A stretch of DNA of 64,000 bases. Origin: an uncultured Bacilli bacterium. Lineage in GTDB: Bacteria; Bacillota_I; Bacilli_A; RF39; UBA660. Under the pieces are notes generated by a model, which saw only the letters and a program-made list of their open reading frames with translations, did no database searches and was not told where the DNA came from. Positions 35,923 to 45,087 of the stretch are shown here, piece by piece; the first letter of the stretch is position 1, and every line of letters starts with the position of its first letter. The DNA is taken from the NCBI GenBank assembly GCA_934183165.1, contig CAKPRZ010000001.1, positions 119,833-183,832 on the forward strand. The letters are read 5' to 3'. A program made the position numbers and the translations under genes.

Positions 35923-36815
35923 TATTCAGCCCCCACATTCTCATTATAATATTTTTCACCAGAAAGTAAGAAATATGAATTAATCCATAATAATGCATGA
36001 AGGGCAACCTTTACAATTATATTATCCTGAATTTCAATATATTTATCAACTCCCAAGATTCCTTGAATAAGTACAACCATAAAATATAAAACTAATCCAA
36101 AGGTAATAAATTTACTATGGAAATTTTTTCTATCAATTCTATCCGCATATACTCCTTCAACTAATTGGTCAATATCAAGTAACATATTTTCTAATATATC
36201 ATTCGAATCTCTAGAACCTTCTTTAGTTATCTGTAAAAATAATTGATGCATATTTTTAGACATATAAAAGTCATATTTTGAGTTCATATAATTAATTGAT
36301 TCATGGACATCCCCATTTTGATACGCTAAATCTATCATCATTTTAACATCTGATTTAACAGGATCTTCTAATACTCCAGAATTATATACTCCTTCTAATG
36401 CTTTTACAAAACTTTGAGTAATTTGAAATTCCATAATAGTATTAGTTGTATATGTCTGAATCTGTTCAAATATAAATTCACTATATAGTCTTTTACATCT
36501 TAAATATGACAAATATGGAATTAATATAAATACAAACAAGCAATATACTATTGAAACAACAATGTTATAGAAATATAAATAAGTAATTAAGAATGTACCA
36601 CCTATAAATATTATAAATTGTATTAAATATTCTTTAGGTGTCATCTCCATTCCCATATCTTTTATTTTCTTACGCATCATTTTAAATGAATATGGTGCAT
36701 ATTTTTCATATAGATTAGTACCAGTATTATTGATAAATTTATAGAATTTTTCACCACTTCTTAAATAGTTAACAACTATAAAAAGTAATATTGCACCTAC
36801 TATTAAGTACTCCAT
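35922..36815 (-). CDS. tadB: TadB-like inner-membrane platform protein (GspF/T2SSF family)
   Basis: Polytopic 297-aa protein immediately downstream of the CpaF-like ATPase. Confidence 0.55.
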   Translation of the reverse strand: MEYLIVGAILLFIVVNYLRSGEKFYKFINNTGTNLYEKYAPYSFKMMRKKIKDMGMEMTPKEYLIQFIIFIGGTFLITYLYFYNIVVSIVYCLFVFILIPYLSYLRCKRLYSEFIFEQIQTYTTNTIMEFQITQSFVKALEGVYNSGVLEDPVKSDVKMMIDLAYQNGDVHESINYMNSKYDFYMSKNMHQLFLQITKEGSRDSNDILENMLLDIDQLVEGVYADRIDRKNFHSKFITFGLVLYFMVVLIQGILGVDKYIEIQDNIIVKVALHALLWINSYFLLSGEKYYNENVGAE

Positions 36816-36832
36816 ACTTCACCTTCTTTCAA

Positions 36833-38107
36833 TTATTCACCAGATCTTAATTTATCCATATCTACTCCTTGACCTTCTAGGTATTCAAGTAAATATTTAC
36901 TTACAGGATTATATGTTTCAACTCCTGAAATAGTTTTTTTATAAATAGTGTTAGATCCAATTTCATTATTTTCATCTACATAAAATTCAGTAACTTCTGC
37001 AACTTCTCTTACGAAACGTTTTTCACTAGGAGAATATCTACCTCTTACCATAACTCCTAATTGAACATATCTATATATTGTTTTTAAGAATTGTTCAACA
37101 TCAATATTAGATTCAAGTAAGCTATACATACGATGAGGTATACTTACAGCTTTATCAGCATGAATTGTTGATAAAATATTATGTCCTGAAGAAATTGAGT
37201 TACGAACAGCAGTAACAGCTTCAGCACTACGAACTTCTGATAGTAATATCCATTTTGGATTTTGTCTCATACAAGTAACCAAAACATCAGAGTATGATGC
37301 GATATTATTTGTTTTCATAGCTACAATATCACGTTCAGGAAATATTCTATCTAAGTGAAGTTCTAGTGTATCTTCTATTGTAATTATTTTTTCATTATAA
37401 GCAGTATGACTAGCTAAATATTTAACAAGTTCTGTTTTACCACTACCAGTCTCTCCACAGACAATGATATTACAATGTCCTTCTACTGCATGAATTAAGA
37501 AATTATGAATATCTAGATTGATATATTTTTCTCTTAAGATTTTATCTTTTTCTAGTCTTATTTTAGCTGGTGTTTTACGGAAAACTGCCGCTACTCCATT
37601 TCTAGCAATCGAGTGATGAACAAAGTTCATACGAAGTTCAGCGCTTTCTGAGTCAAGGAATGGATGAGCAGTATTAAATGACTTACCCATTATGTTTGAA
37701 CATTGAAAAGCTATTTTTTCAATTAAAGCATTATTAACTCCTGGTTCATCAACTCTAAAAACTCCTCTATCAAGAGTTTTCAACCATAACTGTCCACCAT
37801 TACTATAAGAAATATCTGTAACATTATCGTCATCTAAATATTTCTTTAATGGTCCAAAGTCCATACTTGAGAATATTGCTTCTTCTTCAATTCTCTCATC
37901 AGCATTTAGATTAATTTCTTTTTTTATGTCTGTATTATTAGTAGTATTTACTTGCTGAGGTGTTGGTTGAACTTGTTGTACTGGTGTTCCAGCATTTGTA
38001 TTAGTTACATTTTGTTGTGTAGGTACTTGCTGTGTTGTTGTGTTATTTACTACATTATTATTAGTCGTACCATACCCCATTCCATTTAAGTTCATCTCTG
38101 GATCCAT
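36833..38107 (-). CDS. tadA: CpaF/TadA-family secretion ATPase (VirB11/GspE superfamily) with an N/Q/T-rich N-terminal extension
   Basis: Walker A GETGSGKT. Asp box IITIEDTLEL. His box and Walker B regions in the usual GspE-family order. First about 60 aa are low-complexity (NNVVNNTTTQQVPTQQNV...). Confidence 0.85.
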   Translation of the reverse strand: MDPEMNLNGMGYGTTNNNVVNNTTTQQVPTQQNVTNTNAGTPVQQVQPTPQQVNTTNNTDIKKEINLNADERIEEEAIFSSMDFGPLKKYLDDDNVTDISYSNGGQLWLKTLDRGVFRVDEPGVNNALIEKIAFQCSNIMGKSFNTAHPFLDSESAELRMNFVHHSIARNGVAAVFRKTPAKIRLEKDKILREKYINLDIHNFLIHAVEGHCNIIVCGETGSGKTELVKYLASHTAYNEKIITIEDTLELHLDRIFPERDIVAMKTNNIASYSDVLVTCMRQNPKWILLSEVRSAEAVTAVRNSISSGHNILSTIHADKAVSIPHRMYSLLESNIDVEQFLKTIYRYVQLGVMVRGRYSPSEKRFVREVAEVTEFYVDENNEIGSNTIYKKTISGVETYNPVSKYLLEYLEGQGVDMDKLRSGE

Positions 38108-38116
38108 AATATCCCT

Positions 38117-38980
38117 CTATTCTTCATTTAATTTTGAATTTTTTTCTATTTCATTTATATCGATATCTTTAGTTTTGTCTTCAATATAATTTTGTAACTG
38201 TTCACTTGTAATAGTAGCAACTACTTTTTCACCATCTTCAGATTCATATTTTTGTCCTCTTGGAACAATAATAAATTCTATTTCAGCTACTCCACTTAAT
38301 TTTGAGAAGTATTCAGCTTTTTTCATAAGTAAAGCTTGTTCTTCTGGTACAGAGAATAATACACTAGCAGGTTCTCTTGTTTCATCTGAACCAAATACGT
38401 TTTTTCCATCAGCAGTTTTAACAGCTAATATTTTAATTTTATTAATTAATTTACCAACAATAATTTCATTATCTGTTTTCTTATTGTTAGAATCTTCTGG
38501 TAATACACCAACTGTTCTAACATATAAATCAAAGTAATCACCTGGCACTAAAGAGTTATAATAACTTGTTGCCATATTTACTTTTAAATATAATAATGTT
38601 TCTCCATCTGGTATATCAAGTAGAGCTGATGTTGGTAGGTTATCTTTTGTTGTTATCGCATTCTTATAGAAGAAGCTTCCAGAGTATATAGTTGACTCTA
38701 ATTTAGCATACTTACCTATTACATCTGCTGATTGTGTAAATATAACATCTTTATTTACTGCATCTGCAGCTATTGTCATAGTACCTACCATTTCTGAAGT
38801 TATTTTTGTTTGTGGACTTATAGTTTGTTTTGCATAAACTACTTTTACTGGACTAGTAGCAGCATTGATTCTAAAATTATAGAAAATAACTAATATAACT
38901 CCTATTAAAATAAATGCAAGTGCTGTTACAAAGTTTTTGTTACTAAAAGCTTTTTTTAGTTTCATCGAAAAATTATTCAT
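38117..38980 (-). CDS. cpaB: CpaB/RcpC-like Flp pilus assembly protein
   Basis: N-terminal TM, then a SAF/beta-rich domain; size and position upstream of cpaF match tad loci. Confidence 0.5.
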   Translation of the reverse strand: MNNFSMKLKKAFSNKNFVTALAFILIGVILVIFYNFRINAATSPVKVVYAKQTISPQTKITSEMVGTMTIAADAVNKDVIFTQSADVIGKYAKLESTIYSGSFFYKNAITTKDNLPTSALLDIPDGETLLYLKVNMATSYYNSLVPGDYFDLYVRTVGVLPEDSNNKKTDNEIIVGKLINKIKILAVKTADGKNVFGSDETREPASVLFSVPEEQALLMKKAEYFSKLSGVAEIEFIIVPRGQKYESEDGEKVVATITSEQLQNYIEDKTKDIDINEIEKNSKLNEE

Positions 38981-38995
38981 ATTCCATCTCCCTTT

Positions 38996-39478
38996 CTAAT
39001 CCTTTGTTTCTAGTATTGATGTTAATTTAGTTGTTATGATCGTATTATCGTCGCCTGTTTTTCTACCTCTAAATAACTTTCTTACCCAAGAATAATTTTG
39101 TTTTGCTTTAACCTTTAAACTTACTTTAGCTGGACACTCTTGAACTTTATAAATTTCAACAGTATAATCTGTGTTCTGAGCTGCAACTTCAGAAAATCTT
39201 CTAGCAAAGTTTTCAACAAATTTTTCTGTTACTATTCTTATTGTACCAGGTTGTCCTGAATCACAATCAATAGTATTTATCTTATCCACCTCATCTTGAG
39301 TTAAGCCTATTTGATAAGCAACATCATCAACTGAATCTAGCATAGCGTTTTGTGTTGCTTCTTTTAAAAGATAATAATCATGTTCATCTTTTACACTAAT
39401 ATTACCGAAAAGCATAAGAAGTGCAGCAGCAACTATGCCTAATATCAAGAATAAATATCCCCACATTGACTCTGACAT
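38996..39478 (-). CDS. Membrane-anchored pseudopilin-like protein (TadG/TadE-position)
   Basis: The start moves to the ATG at 39478 (GGGGG RBS; the ORF-track start is a TTG). N-terminal hydrophobic helix WGYLFLILGIVAAALLMLF, then about 130 soluble aa. Confidence 0.4.
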   Translation of the reverse strand: MSESMWGYLFLILGIVAAALLMLFGNISVKDEHDYYLLKEATQNAMLDSVDDVAYQIGLTQDEVDKINTIDCDSGQPGTIRIVTEKFVENFARRFSEVAAQNTDYTVEIYKVQECPAKVSLKVKAKQNYSWVRKLFRGRKTGDDNTIITTKLTSILETKD

Positions 39479-39480
39479 AA

Positions 39481-42363
39481 TTAATCTGCCCCCTTCCAAT
39501 AATCTTCATTAACTCTTGTAAAGATTGATGTATTATTATCTACATAATCACTCCTAAAGAATGACCCATTTGTTTCATATTTACCAATAAAGTCAGCATA
39601 TACATTTTTACCTGAATCTTTTGTATCTTGCTTTATTCTTTTAATATTATCAGCACTCAAATTTATTACATATATAGGCTGTTCATTATAATCATTATCG
39701 TCTACTGTATATTTTTGTTCGTAACCTTTCCAATTAGTACCTGCGTTACGCTTTGGAAAAGCATTAAACTTAAATGTAGGATTATCACTTTCACCTAAAG
39801 CTATTGGTCTATAAGTATAACCTTCACCAATTTTAGTAGTAGTACATGTATTTATACAAGAATCCTCAGATTTATATCCAGAATTTTCATAATTAATATG
39901 ACACCAATCTTTTATTTGTGTTGTTTGATTTGGTTTAAATTTATTTTCACAAAGTTCTTTTCCATCTTGATTACTACAATCTGATACACAGGAATCATAA
40001 CTTCCATATCCAGCTGTATCTTTATCCCAATTTTCTCTACAATATTTTTTGATGCCTGCATAATTAGCCGGTTTATATAAAACCTTACATGTTTTACTAC
40101 CAACTGGTGTCTCTTTATTTCTTATTATTACTGGACAACTAACTGTCACATTATTTCCACTAGCAGTAGTATATGTTACACTTCCATCAACTTTCTTTGT
40201 TTCGTTGTGGTTAAGAGTAATTATATCTGAATGTTCACTATTACAATTAGTAAGAGTTCTACCATTAAATTTACAACTAACACCTAAATCACTTCTATTA
40301 GTAACGTTATATTTTACTTTATATTTTTTATCTTCTATTTTTTCAAAAGATATATTACATTCTGCCGTCTCATCTTTTGTTTCATTTAAATAGTAACACT
40401 TGTTTTCCTTAATACAACTATCATTTTTTAAACTTTCTTTTGTAACTTTAACTTCTACAGGAACTTTTGTTTTTAATTTACCATCGGCATTTGTAACTTT
40501 CTTAATATAATATCCATAATAGAAAGTTTCAGCTTTGCCATCATTATTACAAGTTAAATCATCTGTACTAGAATTCCAAACAACTTCTTGTGTATTATCC
40601 TTCAAATGATAACACATTTGTGGTAATTCCCATGATGATGTGTTAGTCGATTCAAAAGTTGCTTTTAAATTTTTATTTAAATTTTCTCTAACATCCCCAT
40701 AGTTATGAATAGTTCCACTATTAACTGATTTTCTTGTGGTATCTGAAGTATTATCAATTTTCTTATGAAGTGATTTAGTATCATTCCCATTTACTGTCAT
40801 TTTGATTGTATCGGAATCATCCCATTTACATTTATAGTTTTCGTCTGTAGTACTTGTAGTCAATGTTTGAAAATTTTTAAGAGCCTTTTCAGGAACAGAA
40901 TTACCTTTTCCTCTATTGCTTCTTTTTAACGCTGCGTATTCAAATTCATATTTCTTTGTATTAAAAGTTATTGTACAAGTTTTAATACCGTTTGTATCAA
41001 CAAAGTAATTAAATCCGCCTAAACTGTTTATAAAAACCTTAGGTAATCCACTCGAATAATTTAAAGTTAATTTTTCAGTACATTCCCTTTTATAATATTC
41101 GGAAGGAATACATGTATAACTTTTTACAGTATTTATTGTTTGGCAAGTAGCACTATTAGTATTAGTACAAGTATTAGCAGAACAAGTAGAACCCCTCGGA
41201 TCAGAATATCCACAATGTTCAATACAAAACTTTTTTTTAGATGAATCAGTACTTTCTGGATCATTTTCACAATAGTTTTCAGCACATTTTAACCTAGCAT
41301 TAGTATCTCTAATTGTACCACTACAAGCAGAATTGCAACTCTGGATAATATCGGTTAATTTAAAAATTGTCATTCCTATTGCACGATTACTCCAAATATT
41401 AGCTTGATTGATTTTTTCTGCAGGTCGCAAAATATTACTATCACTACCTCCAACAATAAGGTTTCCATTTACATATACCGTACCATTTATATACATAGCC
41501 TCTGCATATCTAGCAAATACACCTGTATGATTATAAAATTGATTTAATTCAAATACCGTTCCAACATAATTTCTGTTTTCTTCAAATCCATTTGGTCTAC
41601 TACTTGCATTATTAGTAGATATTGATCCTAAAATTTCAGCAGTGAAAAAATACCTTTTCGGATTAGCTTTAATTTCATTCAATTCATTAGAAGTCAACTG
41701 ATATTTATTTTTTATTTTTTCATAACCATTAAATGTTTTTATAATACTATTATTTTTTAGATATTCTTTTCTCTTACTTTTATCATAACCATTCCCTATC
41801 CATTCTAGAAAATTAGAATTATAAATAATAGGATCTCTATTATTAGCCCATCTTAATTGATTAGTATTTCCATTTTTAAGTTTCACCAACTCATTCAATA
41901 GTGTATAATAATTGGTCAGACCTTTATACGTTGATGAGGTTAAACTAAACCTAGTACTATCTGGCCTTTTCCCATTTTTTTTATCAGAAATAACATTACT
42001 ACTTCTAGGGTCGGAAAACCTTTGTGGTTTAGTTTGCTTACCTTTTGAATCATATCCATAATCCCATGGTTTTCTTTCTTGAGTATTACTGCAAGATGAT
42101 GATGGATTTCCACAAGCTGTGTCATATCTCCAAAAATCATGACTTTGTCCTACTTTTTTGGCTGTTGTAGAGTTAACATATTTGTACAAAGTAAATCTTA
42201 AACCCATACTATTATAACAATACCCAGTACCTAGACAACTATCTGCCCAATTACCAGTACCTGCTGTATCAACAGGTTCTATTTCTATAGCTGCATAAAC
42301 AGAATTAATTCCAAATACTGTGGCAAATATTACTGTCAAAAGAAATGCTTTTAATGATTTCAC
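39481..42363 (-). CDS. Giant secreted cysteine-rich protein (960 aa); candidate pilus-tip adhesin / surface adhesin
   Basis: Cleavable signal peptide (INSVYAAIE). Dozens of Cys in CxxxC / C-x-n-C modules (e.g. CNSACSGTIRDTNARLKCAENYCEND...CIEHCGY). Asn/Thr/Lys-rich, no TM anchor. Confidence 0.6.
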   Translation of the reverse strand: MKSLKAFLLTVIFATVFGINSVYAAIEIEPVDTAGTGNWADSCLGTGYCYNSMGLRFTLYKYVNSTTAKKVGQSHDFWRYDTACGNPSSSCSNTQERKPWDYGYDSKGKQTKPQRFSDPRSSNVISDKKNGKRPDSTRFSLTSSTYKGLTNYYTLLNELVKLKNGNTNQLRWANNRDPIIYNSNFLEWIGNGYDKSKRKEYLKNNSIIKTFNGYEKIKNKYQLTSNELNEIKANPKRYFFTAEILGSISTNNASSRPNGFEENRNYVGTVFELNQFYNHTGVFARYAEAMYINGTVYVNGNLIVGGSDSNILRPAEKINQANIWSNRAIGMTIFKLTDIIQSCNSACSGTIRDTNARLKCAENYCENDPESTDSSKKKFCIEHCGYSDPRGSTCSANTCTNTNSATCQTINTVKSYTCIPSEYYKRECTEKLTLNYSSGLPKVFINSLGGFNYFVDTNGIKTCTITFNTKKYEFEYAALKRSNRGKGNSVPEKALKNFQTLTTSTTDENYKCKWDDSDTIKMTVNGNDTKSLHKKIDNTSDTTRKSVNSGTIHNYGDVRENLNKNLKATFESTNTSSWELPQMCYHLKDNTQEVVWNSSTDDLTCNNDGKAETFYYGYYIKKVTNADGKLKTKVPVEVKVTKESLKNDSCIKENKCYYLNETKDETAECNISFEKIEDKKYKVKYNVTNRSDLGVSCKFNGRTLTNCNSEHSDIITLNHNETKKVDGSVTYTTASGNNVTVSCPVIIRNKETPVGSKTCKVLYKPANYAGIKKYCRENWDKDTAGYGSYDSCVSDCSNQDGKELCENKFKPNQTTQIKDWCHINYENSGYKSEDSCINTCTTTKIGEGYTYRPIALGESDNPTFKFNAFPKRNAGTNWKGYEQKYTVDDNDYNEQPIYVINLSADNIKRIKQDTKDSGKNVYADFIGKYETNGSFFRSDYVDNNTSIFTRVNEDYWKGAD

Positions 42364-42373
42364 ACGATCACCT

Positions 42374-42994
42374 CTAAATATCTATTTTCTTCTTCTTAAA
42401 TTTTTTATAAACTAATATAACAACTACTATTCCAACAACAGAAGAAAAACTAATTAATATTATATTTTTATTTTCTTTAATAACTTCCAAGAATGTTTTT
42501 TTCTTTTTCACTTCTTTTTGCTCGCTAGATTTTAATTTTTCTGTAAATTCTTCTAACGTCATTCTATTAATGTTATACCATTTCTGACATAAAACACTAT
42601 CACTATATTGTTTACATATATCACTATTATAATATTGATTATAAGAAGGAGCTTTTATCCTAATAGTTCTTAAAACTTCTTCATTGCAATTTGTCTTATC
42701 ACTTGCGGTTATATAATATCTGTAACTACTACCTGGAAATAGTTGCCCTACAAATGATTTGTTTTTATTGTATATTTCAGAAAAATCATCAATGATTATT
42801 TTTTCATTTAAATTATATACATATAAATTAAACACTCCAACTTTTTCATTAAATTCATAAGAAGTTTCTACTTTTTTTGCTAGTTCCTTTAATTCTTTTA
42901 GCTCTTTATCAGTACACTCTGCTGCTTTAACATCAATAACACATAGAAAAGTGCAAAACACAAAAAAACAAATATTAAGAATTTTATTCTTCAT
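42374..42994 (-). CDS. Secreted Cys-containing protein with a C-terminal TM anchor and poly-Lys tail (first gene of the locus)
   Basis: Signal peptide (CVIDVKAAE), six Cys, C-terminal helix plus KKFKKKK; RBS AGGAGAG. Confidence 0.5.
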   Translation of the reverse strand: MKNKILNICFFVFCTFLCVIDVKAAECTDKELKELKELAKKVETSYEFNEKVGVFNLYVYNLNEKIIIDDFSEIYNKNKSFVGQLFPGSSYRYYITASDKTNCNEEVLRTIRIKAPSYNQYYNSDICKQYSDSVLCQKWYNINRMTLEEFTEKLKSSEQKEVKKKKTFLEVIKENKNIILISFSSVVGIVVVILVYKKFKKKKIDI

Positions 42995-43007
42995 ATCAAA
43001 CTCTCCT

Positions 43008-43047
43008 ACTATTATAATTAATATAATTATATCCCAGAATTTGTAAA
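43008..43047 (-). promoter_or_regulatory. Candidate promoter for the 42994->20300 locus (TTTACA ... TATATT/TATAAT region)
   Basis: On the minus strand: ttttacaaattctgggatataattatattaattataat, followed by the RBS of the first gene. Divergent from the thioredoxin-like gene. Confidence 0.3.
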
Positions 43048-43133
43048 ATTACAATATTATATTTACATGTAATACTTTTTTAATTATTGTATATTTTAAT
43101 TAAATGTGTTAGTATGTTTTAGAGGTGTTAGGT

Positions 43134-43544
43134 ATGAAAAATACAATTAAATTATTTGTTCTATTAAGCTTTGTAATGCTTATCACAGGATGTGGGATAA
43201 ATCCTATTAAATCAATTAGTTATAGTGATTTAGAAAAAAAATTAAATAATAAAGATACTTTTATATTAGAAGTAGTTCAAGATGGATGTCATAATTGTGA
43301 ATCATTTACTCCAAAATTTAAAAAAATATTAAATAAAAATAAAATTGATGCTTATTCAGTTAACTTAACAAGTTTATCTAAAGAAGACACTAATAAGATT
43401 GATAATCTTTATAAAGTTAGTGGTACTCCTACTGTTATTTTTATAACTAAAGGTGAAGAAAAATCAATTTCTCAAAGAATTGTTGGAGATCGTAGTGATG
43501 ATTTTATAATAGAAAAGTTAAAGATTGCTGGATATATTAAATAA
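43134..43544 (+). CDS. Thioredoxin-fold lipoprotein (extracytoplasmic thiol-disulfide oxidoreductase, CxxC = CHNC)
   Basis: Lipobox LITGCG; active-site-like DGCHNCESF; SGTPT cis-Pro region typical of the thioredoxin fold. The start moves to the ATG at 43134 (the ORF-track start is a GTG). Confidence 0.6.
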   Translation: MKNTIKLFVLLSFVMLITGCGINPIKSISYSDLEKKLNNKDTFILEVVQDGCHNCESFTPKFKKILNKNKIDAYSVNLTSLSKEDTNKIDNLYKVSGTPTVIFITKGEEKSISQRIVGDRSDDFIIEKLKIAGYIK

Positions 43545-43552
43545 ATTATTAA

Positions 43553-43591
43553 AAAAGTAACTATTAAGAATTTCTTGATAGTTACTTTTTT
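43553..43591. terminator. Bidirectional terminator between convergent genes
   Basis: aaaagtaactat-taagaatttcttg-atagttacttttt: 10-bp stem with A and T runs. Confidence 0.6.
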
Positions 43592-45087
43592 ACTTCATAT
43601 AATTTTCTATCTTTATCACTATAAACAAGATTATATTTTTTATTGTTCATACATTTATTTAAAGCATCCTGTTCATCTAATATTAGTAAATCAAAGTCAT
43701 ATGTATTTAAAAATACATCACATGACAATTTATACTTTTGTACATTATAATATTCTACAAATATATCTTTTTGTTTATTATTTTTCTTTAAGAACACTTC
43801 AGCTCTAGGATCAATATATGATTTAATACCCATATATTCAACATATCCACCATCATTATAGTCTGCATATACTTTTATTTTTTCTTTATCATAATGTTTA
43901 GTTATATAATTAACACTTTTCTCTAAACCTTTTGAAATGTATTTGTCAGTTCTTTTACTTTTTTCTAAAGTAATAGATGAAAAGATAAAAACTGAAGCAA
44001 TAAATAATACGTAGCATACTAATTTAAATACATTTATTACATGTTTAGAATATTTACTAAAATTATCTTTATATACACTAAATTCGTTTTTTACATAGTA
44101 AGCAATAGGAAAAATCCCACCAATTAAAAAGTAAGCATAACTTTTATAATGTGACAATCCTAAATAAATAGTTCCACATACTAATAATAAATATCTAACT
44201 TCCAACTTTCCTTTTTTGTATTTAGCATATATAAAGCAAAATAGGAAAATAAAAGCTATGTTGATTTTTCCTAATGCAAAAGCAAAAGATGGACTTATCA
44301 TTTCTCCTATATAATTATTTATCTCAAATACTCCATAAGAATTAAAAAGATATTTAATAGCGTCTAATCCATATGGATTAACAAGTCCACATAATAACAT
44401 TATAATTAATACTATAAAAAGATTTTTTTTAGGATAACCATCACTTTTTATAAATACAAAATCAAATTTAAATGAATTAATTAAGTATGGTAGCATAAAT
44501 AGAAACAACATAAACCATACTGATGCATGTAGATTTATAAGTAATATGGATAGTATTGGTAAAGGAATTAAATATTTATTGTTTCTTTTTCTAACATAGG
44601 ACTCCAATAAGTATAATTCTATTACTAAAATCAAATATGTAAATACTTGAGGTCTTGTTACCATAAATAATAAACTCAAAGTACTTTCAACTACAAATGT
44701 GACAATACTAGATAAATAATATTTATTATCTGATATCAACATACATAATTTATGCATGAATATCGTTATAAAAAGAAGCATAACTGCAGGTATTAAACAT
44801 AATGCCCACTTCCCTATATAATGAAAAGAAACCCAAAATATTACAGATGATAACCATTGTTGCATTACAAATGATAAATTCGAATGTATTGTAAACGGTT
44901 CTATATGAGGTATTCCATGACTCAATACATAACGCCCATGATTTAATAAAAACCAAGTATCATTATCCAAATTAAAACAATTAATGAATATTAGTATTAT
45001 TGGGATTAATAATATAAATCTAATCACAAATTTAGGAGGTTTATAACCAACAATTGTTCTTTTAATTTTGTTTAATTTATCTTTCAT
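43582..45087 (-). CDS. Polytopic membrane protein, GT-C-like glycosyltransferase / glycopolymer polymerase candidate
   Basis: About 12 TM helices and an about 140-aa C-terminal soluble domain; lies in a cell-wall glycopolymer gene context. Confidence 0.4.
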   Translation of the reverse strand: MKDKLNKIKRTIVGYKPPKFVIRFILLIPIILIFINCFNLDNDTWFLLNHGRYVLSHGIPHIEPFTIHSNLSFVMQQWLSSVIFWVSFHYIGKWALCLIPAVMLLFITIFMHKLCMLISDNKYYLSSIVTFVVESTLSLLFMVTRPQVFTYLILVIELYLLESYVRKRNNKYLIPLPILSILLINLHASVWFMLFLFMLPYLINSFKFDFVFIKSDGYPKKNLFIVLIIMLLCGLVNPYGLDAIKYLFNSYGVFEINNYIGEMISPSFAFALGKINIAFIFLFCFIYAKYKKGKLEVRYLLLVCGTIYLGLSHYKSYAYFLIGGIFPIAYYVKNEFSVYKDNFSKYSKHVINVFKLVCYVLFIASVFIFSSITLEKSKRTDKYISKGLEKSVNYITKHYDKEKIKVYADYNDGGYVEYMGIKSYIDPRAEVFLKKNNKQKDIFVEYYNVQKYKLSCDVFLNTYDFDLLILDEQDALNKCMNNKKYNLVYSDKDRKLYEVKK

